Positions 26,627 to 40,537 are shown, counted from the stretch's first letter. The stretch: DNA of 64,000 nt from Octopus vulgaris (GCA_951406725.2 OX597822.1:115692001-115756000), one strand, 5' to 3'. The notes: generated by a model not told the origin, from the letters alone. Program-made: numbers and translations.

Positions 26627-27130
26627 TTGGAAGTGTTATCATGTACATTGTTTTGTCTTGGTATAAAAGATGGGCTACAGCAAATATTCTGCTCAATACC
26701 ACAGATTTGCTTGTCAATTGTTTGACCATAACCAGCTGAGCATGTCCCTTAGTGGCTGAAGATATGTGCATCTCTGATCAAGAGCAGAAGTAGTGGGGGA
26801 GCATCATAGCCATGTGTTGAGAGGGATTATTTGTGGTTTGAATAATTAACCTCTGGAAACATGGGTGGTTCTTTCAACATCCTTAAACAACCCTTATTCA
26901 GGGACCGCTTGAGCGGGATGGGCTACTCGACCTGAAGAAAATTCTAACTGGGCCCCACCTGCAAGGTCATGTGCTGTTTATCTTGATATGAGATCACCAT
27001 GTCGCGCACATATGGTTGTGATGCATGTGCCTGGTGTACCTTTATCAGACGGGTAGTCATGATGGGTATACTGGACTTCGTATATTTTACCCCAGTGTCA
27101 CTTTGATGGCATGAACTGCTCTCTCACTCA
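26623..27130 (+). mobile_element. Non-coding (AAT)n-tailed retroelement (family D)
   Basis: Ends gctctctcactc+(aat)n; four more copies at 43760, 44707, 48003 and 48708. Confidence 0.85.
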
Positions 27131-27132
27131 AA

Positions 27133-27203
<71 letters not shown>

Positions 27204-27223
27204 TGATGATGATGATGATGATG

Positions 27224-27440
27224 ATTTCAAATTTAAGCACAAAGCCAGCAAGTTCGGGGAAGGGAGTACGTCGTATTACATCGACCCCAGTCATTTACTG
27301 GTACTTATTTTATCGACCCCGAAAGGATGAACTGCAAGGTTGACCTCGACGGAATAATGAACTAAGAACGTAAAGACGAACAAATGGCCCCTAGACAATT
27401 TTCCCGGCGTGCAAACGATTCTGCAAGCTCACCGCCTTAA
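27224..27440 (-). mobile_element. SINE group C
   Basis: Reverse complement of the group C monomer. Confidence 0.85.
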
Positions 27441-27444
27441 TAAT

Positions 27445-27965
27445 ATAATGTGAGAGCCTTGCACAAAAAGAATACAAGTGCCGCCACGATAAAGTTTGTG
27501 TGTGTGTATCTTCATTGGCTCTTATGCCGTAAATACCAATATGACGTAACAGAGAACTTGGATGAGCATGTACCAAGTAAAGTTATGCAGGAGGATGGAA
27601 AAGTAACGATACTCTGGGACTATGATTTTCAGATGGATCGCGTAATCGAACACCATCGGCTGAATATTGCCGTATTGAATAAGAGAGACAAATACTGTCA
27701 GATCATTGGTGTAGCCATACCAAATGACATGAATGTTGTGAGTAAAGAGGTTGAAAGAATCACTGAATACTCCGAATTGGAAGTGGAAATGGCAAGACTG
27801 TATGGAATGCGAAAGGGTAATGTAAAAGTGATACCAGTGGTGATGGGAGCGCCGGGCTCAATCCCATAAAAATTTAAGACTTCTTAAGGCAACTGGAAAT
27901 TCCATGCAAGATGGATGTCTTGCAAAAAGCAGCCTTATTGGGCACAGTGCACATCTTAAGGGAGA
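27445..27965 (+). pseudogene. R4/Dong-like RLE domain fragment
   Basis: YLHWLLC...VTILWDYDFQMDRVIEHHRLNI...VAIPND...VIPVVMGAPGSIP...LQKAALLGTVHILR. Confidence 0.85.
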
Positions 27966-27969
27966 AAAT

Positions 27970-28139
27970 CAGAGATCGTAATACTAAATCTAACCAGTTC
28001 GTGGCAGTCACGAGGCCAGACATCCCTGAAATTTTCATTCAAATCCATCTCGCGGTTCTTGAGATATCTTATACACGGATACACAAACAAACAAACACGA
28101 CTGAAAACAATAACTCCGCCTTCGCTAAGGCGAAGGTAA
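27970..28139 (-). mobile_element. Helentron/HINE (DINE-1-like) terminal fragment
   Basis: Minus strand starts tta-ccttcgc-ctta-gcgaagg (7-bp hairpin), then (gttt)n and gatttgaatgaaaattt, the architecture of DINE-1-like ends. Confidence 0.5.
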
Positions 28140-28756
28140 GAATGGGCGACATAAATCTTAGTTAATTGGTTTATTCCTTCAGTCACGCTTTATATTGTAC
28201 AGAGAAACTGAGGGAAGAGAGAGTAAAAGAGAAATAAAGAAAGAGTAAGGAATTAATGTAAATACGGGGAAAGGCCGAGTAAATGACTGGGTGATTAAGG
28301 GAAGATTTATACGACCATCGGTGTCGGTGGTGAGATGGTGAGATGGTGGGGCAGGAGACTCAAACGACGCTTAGCAGGGAGCTCCACACCCCTAACCATG
28401 TCGAGGATATCAACATAGAATCAACTGCATCCCCACGAGACAATATCTACAAACGAGAAGCTAATACCATGGAAAGCATCCAGCAAATAGACAACTCCAA
28501 CCACAAGAGTATTAAAGTAACAGGAGACTACCCTAGTAAGCACCCCGACTACAGACCACCTGTTTTAGTCACCGAACTCTGGTTGTAAACTAGAAATAAC
28601 AAGATCCAAATCCTTCATTCGCACTGTGCCAAACCCTTAGCCTCCCTCCAAATCCCTGGCCCACCGGAATGCAGCAGTTACAGATAACACCAAGTTTGAA
28701 TATCCTAATGGCGACCTTGATGAGGGTAATGAGAAACGCGTCCCGCATACGCGACC

Positions 28757-28913
28757 GTCCTTCCAAGCACTTCCGGCGGAAGTGAGCCAGAACGTTAAAA
28801 CTTAATGCGCATGCGCAGCAGAGTTCAAGATCAATCTCTGCCCAGCGGCTTCACTCTGCGTGCTTTAATTTCGTTACTATGGCAACCGTCCGGATATTTA
28901 TTGATCAGACCAC
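28757..28913. mobile_element. Solo terminal arm of the fold-back mariner family
   Basis: Matches 18420-18570, including the TIR. Confidence 0.85.
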
Positions 28914-29218
28914 AGATATATACACACACACACACGCACACACACATATGGATACACACACGCACACTGCGACGATGAGGCATACCTCCATCGAACTAAT
29001 TTTAAAATAGTTCAAAAGAATTGACAATGATTAAAAGAAATATAAAATACCTTTCTACCTTTCCAGGTTCTGTGTCTAATTACCAAACATGCACACACGC
29101 ACACCTACACATAGACATACGCATATTTACACTCATACACACACACCACATCGCACTCCATCACACAGAGACGGAGGCATACGAATACATAGAGAAATAG
29201 AACGGATGAAAGTTTCAC

Positions 29219-30042
29219 CGAAGAAGAAGAAGTAGAAGAAGAAGAAGAAGAAGAAGAAGAAGAAGAAGAAGAAGAAGAAGAAGAAGAAGAAGAAGAAGAA
29301 GAAGAAGAAGAAGAAGAAGAAGAGCCAGAGTTTCATTGATAGTGAAGGAGAAGAAGAAGAAGAAGAAGAAGAAGAAGAAGAAGAAGAAGAAGGAGAAGAA
29401 GAAGAAGAAGAGCCAGAGTTTCATTGATAGTGAAGGAGAAGAAGAAAAAGAAGATGAAGAAGAAGAAGAAGAAGAAGAGCCAGAGTTTCATTGATAGTGA
29501 AGGAGAAGAAGAAGAAAAAGAAGAAGAAGGAGGAGGTTCATTGATAGTGAAGAAGGAGGAGGAGGAGGAGGAGGAGGAGAAGAAGAAGAAAAAGAAGAAG
29601 AAGAAGAAGAAAAAGAAGAAGAAGAGAAGAAGAAGAAGAAGAAGAAGAAGAAGAAGAGGAGCCAGAGTTTCATTGATAGTGAAGAAGAAGAAGAAAAAGA
29701 AGAAGAAGAAGAAGAAGAAGAAGAAGAAGAAGAAGAAGAAGAAGAAGAAGAAGAAGAAGAGGAGGAGCCAGAGTTTCATTGATAGTGAAGAAGAAGAAGA
29801 AAAAGAAGAAGAAAAAGAAGAAGAAGAAGAAGAAGAAGAAGAAGAAGAGTCAGAGTTTCATTGACAGTGAAGGAGAAGAAGAAGAAAAAGAAGAAGAAGA
29901 AGAAGAAGAAGAAGGAGGAGGTTCAGTGATAGTGAAGAAGAAGGAGGAGGAGGAGAAGAGGAGGAGTTTCAGTGATAGTGAAGAAGAAGGAGGAGGAGAA
30001 GAAGAAGAAGAAGAAGAAGAAGAAGAAGAAGGAGAAGAAGAC

Positions 30043-30073
<31 letters not shown>

Positions 30074-30086
30074 AAGAAGAAGAAAA
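29219..30086. repeat. Higher-order (GAA)n array with recurring 25-nt motif gagccagagtttcattgatagtgaag
   Basis: About 9 motif copies separated by variable GAA/GGA tracts. Confidence 0.9.
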
Positions 30087-31092
30087 CTACGACGGTGTTG
30101 ACGACGATGACGACGATGACGACAACGTGGTCTTTATACAAAATGTCTATTGTAAGCCAGCTGACAAGTGTAGATATATAATAGTGTTTCCATTGTATAA
30201 CTTCATTGAGTCGTCCTCTCATAAGCGGTACAAATATGTCTACGTGACTTCCCAGCTCCATTAGCTTGCAGCAGACGACCATATGTACCAGTCAATGCTC
30301 TCACTTACTACCTCTCCCTCCTCTCTCTCTCTCTCTCTTCCCTCTCTTTTTTCTCTCTCACTCTCTTCGTCACGCTTTCTATCGATAAATATCTCGTTCG
30401 TCCCTTTTCACATCCTCTTTCATTCTTAAAGTCTAGCATTTTTCTTTTCCTCTTCACCTATTTTCACTATCCGTTTCAGAATTAGTTCATGCGACCTCCT
30501 CTTTGACCTTCATTCTTCGCTGTTACTCGTTCCTCTTTCTCCTTCTCGCTCACTCGCTCTTCCCCCCTTCTCTCTCACTCTTTCTCTCTCTCTCTGTCTC
30601 TCTCTCTCTCTCTCTCTCATTGTCAATCCCGCTTTCCCCTTCTCCCACCCTCTCTCTGTACACAAAGATATACACACACACTCTCTCACACACACACGAT
30701 TTTACATACATACATACACATACACACACATACATACATACCTTAAAGTGTTTAGTCAAACAATTTCGACCCCAAGATATATTTTTAACCTTGTACTTAT
30801 TCCATCAGGCTCTTCGGCAGAAAAGTTGCTAGGTAACGCAGACGAAAGTGTAAGTCAGTTGAATTTCAACCGAGACTCGAACTCGGATTGCTGTATTCAA
30901 AATCCAAAGTGCACGCCATTACATCTCAGAATCACTATGTAATTATGCGTGCATATATCTGTCTGATGTTTGTTATTGATCTTCTATAATAATAAAGCGG
31001 TATCCCTTAATACCGACCAGAAATGTTACACAACAGACGTTATTTTAACGAATACATTCTGTAATCACATGAAAAGACACATCTACACCGAC

Positions 31093-31155
<63 letters not shown>

Positions 31156-31253
31156 AAGCAGAGGTTCAGTATTCCACCAGTGGGAGATCGATGCTAGAGA
31201 TGGGTCGAAACAATTGCAATGATCAATAAACTTTCTCGCATTTTCCATCTTAC

Positions 31254-31770
<517 letters not shown>

Positions 31771-31916
31771 TATACACATAAATATGTATATATAAATTAT
31801 ATTATATATATATATGGGTATAAATATGGGTGTGTGTGAGTATATATATATACACACATATATGCTTATATATACGTGTGTGTGTGTGTGTGTGTGTGCA
31901 TATATACACATATATG

Positions 31917-32079
<163 letters not shown>

Positions 32080-32148
32080 TTCACAGATACACTTATATAC
32101 GTAGAGATGTGTGTATGTGTTCGTGTGTGCGCGTGCGTGCATGTGTGT

Positions 32149-32202
<54 letters not shown>

Positions 32203-32331
32203 ACACAGAAACGCTTGTACCTTTCTTTAAACAAATGGAATGTGAAATGAGTGCTCGATAAATATTGTAGAGGACATGGTTTATTTTATTGAAGCCGAAA
32301 CTAAGATTGTGCCTCGTGACTCGTGTTTCCT

Positions 32332-32332
32332 G

Positions 32333-32381
<49 letters not shown>

Positions 32382-32728
32382 ACATACATACACATATACA
32401 CAAATACATATATACATATACACACACATACATACATACATGCATACATGCATACATACATACATATACATACATACATACACACACACATACATACATG
32501 CATAACTGCATACATACATACACACACATACATACATACATATACATACATACACACACACACATACATGCATAACTGCATACATACATACATACATACA
32601 TACATATACATACATACACACACACACATACATGCATAACTGCATACATACATACATACATACATACATACATACATACATACATACATACATACATAGA
32701 TACACGCACACACATACACACACATACA
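32332..32728. repeat. (CATA)n/(CA)n compound array with 3 higher-order units marked by catgcataactgcata
   Basis: Marker at ~32497, 32567 and 32631. Confidence 0.85.
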
Positions 32729-33215
32729 CAGGATCCAACCGGCACCCAGATTCATTATATACTCTTTGTATTTTCCAATCCTAAATCCTAAATTTTATTT
32801 CTAGTTTCATTCGTTTGAAGGAAACGGATTTTTTTACATGATGTAATTGATTTGTTTATCAATAAAAAACACGTCCTAAACAGCTGTAGTGACCCTCAGA
32901 ACACCTCTGTCTTTACACATACATACATAAATACACATACACACAGGTTTCTGTGTGTGTGAGTGTGTGCGTACGTGTGCAGGTCCACTGCATGGCACCA
33001 TGGGCAAGTGTCTTCGACTATAGCTTCGGTTCGACCGACATCTCATCAGTAGATTTAGTAGACAGAAATTAAAAGAAGCCCGTCGTATATACATGTATTT
33101 ATCTGTGTGTGTGTGTGTGCGTGCGCACGCGCGTGTGTGTGTGTACCGGTTTGCGTAACATTTATGATGTAAATACAAACCTATAGTAGAACTAGCTATA
33201 ATATTTTCTCTCAGA

Positions 33216-33612
33216 AAGGCGGCATATTGGCAGAAACGTTAGCACGCGGGCGAAATGCATAGCGGTATTTCATCTGTCTTTGTGTTCTGAGTTCAAATTC
33301 CGCCGAGGTTGACTTTGCCTTTCATCCTTTCGGGGTCGATAAAGTAAGTACCAGTTACACACTGGGATCGATGTAATCGACTTAATCCGTTTGTCTGATC
33401 TTGTTTGTCACCTCTGTGTTTAGTCCCTTGTGGATAGTGAAGAAATAGGTATTTCATCTGTCTTTACGTTCTGAGTTCAAATTCCGCCGAAGTCGATTTT
33501 GCCTTTCATTCTCTCGGGATCGATAAACTAAGTACCAGCTGCGTACTGGGGTCGATCTAATCGACTGGCTTCCGCCTCAAAAATTTCGGGCCTTGTTCCT
33601 TGTGTAGAAAAG
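33216..33612 (+). mobile_element. Dimeric SINE group C with 16-bp TSD
   Basis: TSD aatattttctctcaga at 33200-33215 and 33613-33628. Confidence 0.92.
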
Positions 33613-33795
33613 AATATTTTCTCTCAGAGAAACTTCTCAACATGACTTTAAATCACAGGGCTTCGTACAGGACGCTTGTGGGGTTGACGAAAAACGTATA
33701 AATCAAGTAGTCTGTCAAAGAAAACGTACGTGAGTGTGGAGAATCTGAAACTCTGGTCCAGCTTTTCGTAACAAGATTCATAATGAAAGTCTTAC

Positions 33796-33857
33796 GTTCG
33801 TCCAGTGATTCGCCTTTCTTCTAAACCTGCTTCAGATGACGAGTATTCCAGCGCCAT
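33796..33857 (-). CDS. Candidate first coding exon (MALEYSSSEAGLEERRITGR...), host gene unknown
   Basis: ATG in good context (aatATGG), donor AC|gtaaga, within ~900 bp of unique sequence; no homology recognised. Confidence 0.3.
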
Positions 33858-34544
33858 ATTATAAGCAGAGCAATATAGGTGCACAAGAAAAGGACAATAA
33901 AAAGAGCTACACATATTAAACCGAAACCATCTGGAAAATCGAGTTTTCGATGGACTCCAAACGTCTCCATACAGCATTTCACTTGCTAGTCTTTGTCTGC
34001 AACGCAAAACATTTCCCCCCGGAACCTTTCTTGTATGTGTCTTTAGATTTTTGGTTAGATCCTCTTCTGAGATGGAGTTCAACAATTCACTCCCCCCCCC
34101 CCCAGTTCTTTGTATTTATTTAATTTTTTTTCATTTTTTTTTGTTTGTCTGTTGTTTTTGTTTACTTCATCAACTCACAGTTTTCAGTTCGTAGAACAGA
34201 GTAATTGAGGAATTGGTCTGTGTGGCAAGAACAAACGTGGCACTCTGGGATTAAGTAGCGTTTCGTGAAAATAAAGAACCGAATATTGTAGTTGCATAAA
34301 ATGTTTAAATCAAATTTACCAACAAAACCAACAATTGTATGAACAACCTCAATGACAACAACAGCACAGCAACAACAACAACAACAACAACAACAACAAC
34401 GACTGGGATAATAGTAGTAACAGCAACAGCAACAACAACACAGTTTCTTTCCTTTGCATACTGCATATCACACTGTTATACGATCACTGTATAGCGTCTA
34501 GACCAATTTTACGGTTCGGTGCTGTTCACTCCGACACAGATAAA

Positions 34545-34670
34545 CACTCACTCACTCTCACACTCTCACACTCACTCACTCACTCACTCACTCACTCACT
34601 CACTCACTCTCACACTCTCACACTCACTCACTCACTCACTCACTCTCACACTCACTCACTCACTCACTCG
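34545..34670. repeat. (CACT)n microsatellite
   Basis: Tandem repeat. Confidence 0.9.
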
Positions 34671-34870
34671 GTTTCTCGATTCTGTCTTCCTCTCCGTTTC
34701 TTTCTCTCTCTCTGCTTCTCTGATTCTGTGTATGTGTGTGCGTGTGTGTGTTTGAGTGCTTGTGAGTGTGCGTGCATGTATACATGTATATGCGGTGTAT
34801 GTAGTATGTACGTGTGTGTGTGTATATATATATATGTGTGGGGGGGCGCGTGTGTGTGTGTGTGTGTGAG

Positions 34871-34930
<60 letters not shown>

Positions 34931-35055
34931 TGTGTTTGTCTACATGTGTTTACTGTATATACGTTTCTCGTCGTTCAAACATAAATGCGTGTCTGTGTCT
35001 GGGCGTGTTTGCCCTTGCTTGGGTGCACGTGTGTGAATATGATGGATCGGTGAGT

Positions 35056-35086
<31 letters not shown>

Positions 35087-35231
35087 CAAATGCAATGGGA
35101 CAATATATATATATATATTATACACATACACACTCACAAACACACACACACACATACACATACACACACATGTATATATACATATATATATATGACCGCA
35201 GTCAAATGACTGAAGCAAGTAAAATAATAAG

Positions 35232-35310
<79 letters not shown>

Positions 35311-35319
35311 TATATAGAA

Positions 35320-37415
35320 TTCTAACCGAGGCTTCAGCGCTTCTGGACTGGCGATCCCTGATGACGTTGTCCTCAGTTGACGAAATATGGTCGTCCCTCA
35401 AAGCATATGTAATCTTGTTGACTGACCAGGCAGTTCCCGTTGGGCTTCCCAAGAAGAAGAAACACAAGCCCTGGGTGACGAAGAGGGTTAAACGAGAACG
35501 TCGACTCAGAGATATTACTTGGGCTGAATTCAAAAATCTGGATTCGACTGCAGCTTTTGAGGTGTACAAAACTCAACGAGACCGAGCCGTGAAAATTGAA
35601 AAGGAAGAACGCTTCAGATATAAATACAGAATCGCGGCAAACGCCAGTTGCAATCCAAAAACCTTCTTTGTCCATGTCCAACGGAATTCCCGCTTGAACA
35701 ACCAAATTGCAACGTTGGTAGACTCAACAGGCGTAATGATTGAGGACCCTTATCAACAGAGTCAATTATTTGCCGAGGCTTTTTCAACTATTTTCAAACA
35801 AGATGATGGTCGTGAACCCCCTCCATTTGATAGATCGGCACCTCCAATGCTTAGATTGGTCATCACGCGGGACGAAGTCGAACGCGTTATTCAAGGCATC
35901 GATGTCAACAAGGGTCACGGCCCTGACGGCATACACCCACGGGTTATCAAAGCGTTGACTCCGGTCATCTGCGAGCCTTTAACACGTCTATTCAATATGT
36001 CATTGGCGACGGGTGTTATACCTGCGGACTGGAGAACAGCGATAATCTGCCCAATTTTCAAGAAAGTGAGCCGCGAAGACCCGCTTAACTACCGACCGGT
36101 TTCCCTTACATCAATAATCAGCAAGATGTTCGAAACCATCCTTAAGAAAAGTATGATGCTCCACCTCCTAAACACAGCCTCTATCTCTGATTCCCAACAC
36201 GGCTTCGTGCCGAAGAGATCATGTTTGACCAACTTACTGGTAATGGAAGAATTGGTGAGGCGCATCCTCGATGATAGTGATGCTGTTGACATCGTTTTAT
36301 TGGACTTTGCCAAAGCTTTTGACTCGGTAAACCACCGCCTATTACTTGTCAAGCTTCAAGCATATAGTTTCCATCCGGATATTGTACGATGGGTTGGTGC
36401 CTTCCTCTCAGATCGCTCCTTCCAAGTCCAAGTTAATGGTTCGCGATCCGACGTCTCCAGTGCGAACAGTGGCGTGCCTTAAGGTTCAGTGCTTGGGCCC
36501 TTATTGTTCTTAGTCTCCATAAATGACTTACCCGACGACCTCACGCAACACACCCTTCTATTTGCCGACGATGTCAAACTGGTCGCTCCTCGCGGTGATA
36601 TAGAAGATCTTCGTCGATGCCTCCACCATATTTGGAGAATGAGACCTGTGTCTGAACGTGTCAAAGTGCTGTCATCTGCTTGTTGGCTCTTCTCCTGCAA
36701 CTCAACTTGATTTTGAGCCGGGTCGTCTGCTGCTGGAGAAGACCGATCAGGTAAAGGACCTGGGTATCTTGGTGGATTCCTCCTTTTCGCCTTCGGCCCA
36801 GTGCGTCCAAGCTGCCAACAAAGCACGCGGAGTTCTGTTCTTGATTCGACGGTCATTCGGAATGCTCACAGCAGCCATATTCCTACCACTCTATGTCACG
36901 CTGGTGAGACCCATATTGGAGTACGGGATTCAAGCCTCTTCTCTTTATCTCCTCAAAGACATACAGCATCTCGAAAGAGTCCAGAAGCTGGCTACCCGCA
37001 TGGTTCTTGGTCTCAAGAATTTGTCTTATGAAGAAAGGCTGAAGACGCTCGACCTTTATTCTCTAGAAAAACGCCGCCGCCGTGGCGATCTCATTCTTTC
37101 TCACATCATAAGCGGAAAGTGTAACCTCTCGAAAGAGCTGTTCTTCACTCCTGCTCCAGAGCGTCGGCTGCGGGGTCACTCCGAAAAGCTCTATCTGCGA
37201 CGATTTCATCTCAATCGAAGGAGAGGGGCTTTCTCCGTCCGGGATGCGGATCCGTGGAATAAGCTGCCGGACGAGATGCCGACGACCGCTCGGTTTAAAG
37301 TCTCCCTTGACCACAAGTGGCCTGAACTCTTTGCATGAACACCCTCCCTGTACATAACTCCATGTCCCCCTACATGGCCTTGCTTTTTGCTTTTTGAGCT
37401 AAATTATTAACTATC
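35320..37415 (+). pseudogene. 5'-truncated CR1/L2-group LINE, disrupted reverse transcriptase ORF2
   Basis: GPDGIHP, NYRPVSLTS, QHGF, LDFAKAFDSV, GVP*GSVLGP, LFADDVKL, KDLGI, ERVQKLATR; in-frame stop at 36480 and a frameshift/deletion near 36640; 3'UTR matches 665-745. Confidence 0.95.
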
Positions 37416-37419
37416 TAAA

Positions 37420-38715
37420 ATAAAATTAAATTAAATTTTAAAAAAGAGGGGGGAATTTGATCAATAGGGATCGTTATCACAGAAATGTCAATATGAAGTG
37501 TAAAGGGGAGGACAGGTGAGGTTTACCTGTGAGAAACGCCTACGGAAAAGACCACGGTAACCTCGGTCAATGAAGTCACATGTTATATTTCTTCTTTTTT
37601 TTGCAAATAAGCAACTCTCTGTATTAATTTTTACGGTTCATAGAATCATAGTCAAGGTGGCTTCGTCATTCATACGTGTCATCCTTGCTACATTCACCCA
37701 TCTTTTTAAAACATTCACTAGACAAAACTTGCCTCTCTACTCTCACTTTCCTCTTCGAGTGATACTTGAAGAAGTTGATGAGAGATTGACCAGAGAGGAA
37801 ATTGTTTGTCTCTAATCCTTTCAGGCGCGTCCACCAGATACATTCTTTCGCCATAGCCACAAGTATGATAAAAATAGCTCTTCCTTCCCGTTTGAAGGAA
37901 GGAGGCGTGACGATATTAACGATAGACTCGGCTGATAAACCGACACGTCCCACACGTGACAGCAGTCGTTCGACATAAGCCCACAGGTCGGAGATTGTTG
38001 GACACTGCACGATTGCGTGCAGAGCGGTTTCGTCGCTCTGCCCGCATCTCGGGCAGGTCGGCCCCGTGTTTCTCGAGCCATGCCTATAGAGCTTATCCCG
38101 AACGGTTAGCGCTTCTCGGTAGCACCGCCAGGTCAGGGATCTCTGGAAGTTGTCCATAGGTCCTGGCCCGAAAGTCGTTTCAAACAGGCGGGTCAGGTAT
38201 TCCTCGTCGACGTCCAGGTTTGCCCCAAGATCGTCGTCGTACCTCCCCTCCTCTAATCCCCTATAGAAAGCTTTGGTCGTGTTGAAGTCACTCAAGGTCG
38301 ACCCGGGACGGCAGAGTTGCTTGAGAGCAACGCGACACTCGCGGTGCCATTCGCCCTTCCTCGGCCTCTTTTTGATCCACGACTGCAGTTCGGTCATGGA
38401 GACGATCTGCGGGAACGCGTGCCTCACAAACGGCGACCACACCTGTTCACCGTCGTGTCTGCGCATCATCAACCACGGCATACCCAGCCCTCTTTTTAAC
38501 GGGTGTTGACAGCAAATGGATCGCCTGACCATCGGGACGCATCCTTCCCACAAGAAGCGGAAGAGAATGCGTTCTAGTTTGGTGATGGTAGGGTCGGGAC
38601 AAGGTACGACGGTCAGGCGGTAGTAGATGATGGACGCGATGTACGTGTTCGCCACCTCCGCCCGACCTTTTAGGGACAGTTTCCTCTCGGCCCATGCTGG
38701 GCGAGAGTGACCACC

Positions 38716-38716
<1 letters not shown>
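37420..38716 (-). pseudogene. 5'-truncated Tx1/L1-group LINE (post-RT region, zf-RVT, 3'UTR)
   Basis: [21 protein letters not shown]...FRFLW...GLGMP...[18 protein letters not shown]. Confidence 0.9.
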
Positions 38717-38791
<75 letters not shown>

Positions 38792-38808
38792 GGATGGATG
38801 GATGGATG

Positions 38809-38875
<67 letters not shown>

Positions 38876-38936
38876 GGATGGATGGATGGATGGATGGATG
38901 GATGGATGGATGGATGGATGGATAGATGGATGAATG

Positions 38937-38993
<57 letters not shown>
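38717..38993. repeat. (GATA)n/(GGAT)n microsatellite
   Basis: Tandem repeat. Confidence 0.97.
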
Positions 38994-38994
<1 letters not shown>

Positions 38995-38999
38995 AAGGA

Positions 39000-39279
39000 A
39001 CGTCGGTTACGACGACGAGAGTCCCAGTTGATACGATCAACGGAACAGCTCTTTTGCCGAACCGCTAAGTTACGGGGACGTAAACACAAGCACACAAACA
39101 CACACACATATGTACACGACAAGCTTCTTTCAGTTTCTATCTACCAAATCCACTCACAAAGCTTTGATCGGGCCGAGGCTATAGTAGAAGACACTTACCC
39201 AAGGTGCCACGCAGTGAGACTGAAACCGGAACCATGTGGCTGGTAAGCAAGCTACTTACGACACAGCCACTCCTGCCTC
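39000..39279 (-). mobile_element. Chimeric SINE: group A head/body joined to group B2 tail
   Basis: 39050-39279 matches group A; 39001-39050 cgtcggttacgacgacgagagtcccagttgatacgatcaacggaacagc matches 5223-5271. Confidence 0.8.
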
Positions 39280-39521
39280 TATAAGATTAACGTTTATTTA
39301 ACTGTTACGAGGTTCATCACAGCTGCAAGGAGTTAGAGTAAATACAATATATTAGTCTGTTAGAAAAGCCCTTGCCGTTGCAGTTATAAAAGACTTACTG
39401 TTAAATAATGTAGGAAGAGAAAGATGTTGAATTGGGGCTCGTTTGCCATTGATGACAAGCCATTGGTGGTAATGGTAGTTGGGACACTGAAAAGGAGAAA
39501 GAAGAGCTTTGGTAGATAAAA

Positions 39522-39760
39522 AAGGTGGCGAGGAACTGGCAGAATGGTTAGCACGCCGGGCGAAATGCTTTGTGGTATTTCGTCCGCCGCTGCGTTCTGA
39601 GTTCAAATTCCGCCGAGGTCGACTTTGCCTTTCATCCTTTTGGGAGCGATAAATTAAGTACCAATTACGCACACGAGACGATGTAATCGACTTAATCCCT
39701 TTGTCTGTCCTTGTTTGTCCCCTCTATGTTTAGTCCCTTGTGGGCAATAAAAAAAAAATA
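39522..39760 (+). mobile_element. SINE group C monomer with A-rich tail
   Basis: Head, body and ccttgtgggcaataaaaaa tail. Confidence 0.88.
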
Positions 39761-40061
39761 AGAAAAGGAGAAAGAGAGATTAACTCTTGAACTCTTATCG
39801 AGTGAAGATAAATTTTGGTTACGGGGTCTTATATTTTCAGCTGTCCTGCCACCGAATTGAATCAGTACAACAATGGACATTTGGAGAATCTTCTGGACTG
39901 AACTCAGTTTCACATCAGATGTTTGCGACTTTTAACAGAAGACACAAATTCAAAACCGGGGAACAATGGAAGGAAGCATGAAGAAACATTACGATTGAAT
40001 TTATGATACCTGATTCCGAATACAGTATCTGCTCGCTCCACACCTACACACACATATACAG

Positions 40062-40126
<65 letters not shown>

Positions 40127-40254
40127 CATCATATATAATCACATGTGTGTGTATGCATATATATATGAATATATCTTCTGTTGGCCTACCTCTTCACCCA
40201 TTCTTCCTTTAAATTTCCCTGAATTATGATTTGAAATATCAAATACCAATATCT

Positions 40255-40392
40255 CCACCCTGAAGACAGATGCTGGATTCGATGCAATGATTACATGCAT
40301 CCACCTTTGGCTGCATATTTTTGACCTTTCGTCAGCTGCATCTCCCAAGAATATTACATAATTCTGAAATCCAAGAAACAGCTGTCGGACGT
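40255..40392 (+). ncRNA. Hammerhead-like motif with intact core and ~108-nt stem II domain
   Basis: cacc-CTGAAGA (40260-66)...tggatt/aatcca...GAAAC-AGCT-GTC (40375-86)-ggacgtg. Confidence 0.45.
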
Positions 40393-40506
40393 GACACACC
40401 CTCCCTTAGTTTTCTGTGTCTTTGTACGATGTGTAAATCTGCTCTTTTAGTATATGAATATCTATATATTTATACATGAATGTTCGTCATCTGAATATCT
40501 CCAGTT

Positions 40507-40537
<31 letters not shown>

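Noticed and set aside
29219-30086. CRISPR-like repeat/spacer appearance
   Set aside because: Spacers are GAA tracts, the context is eukaryotic, and there are no cas genes.
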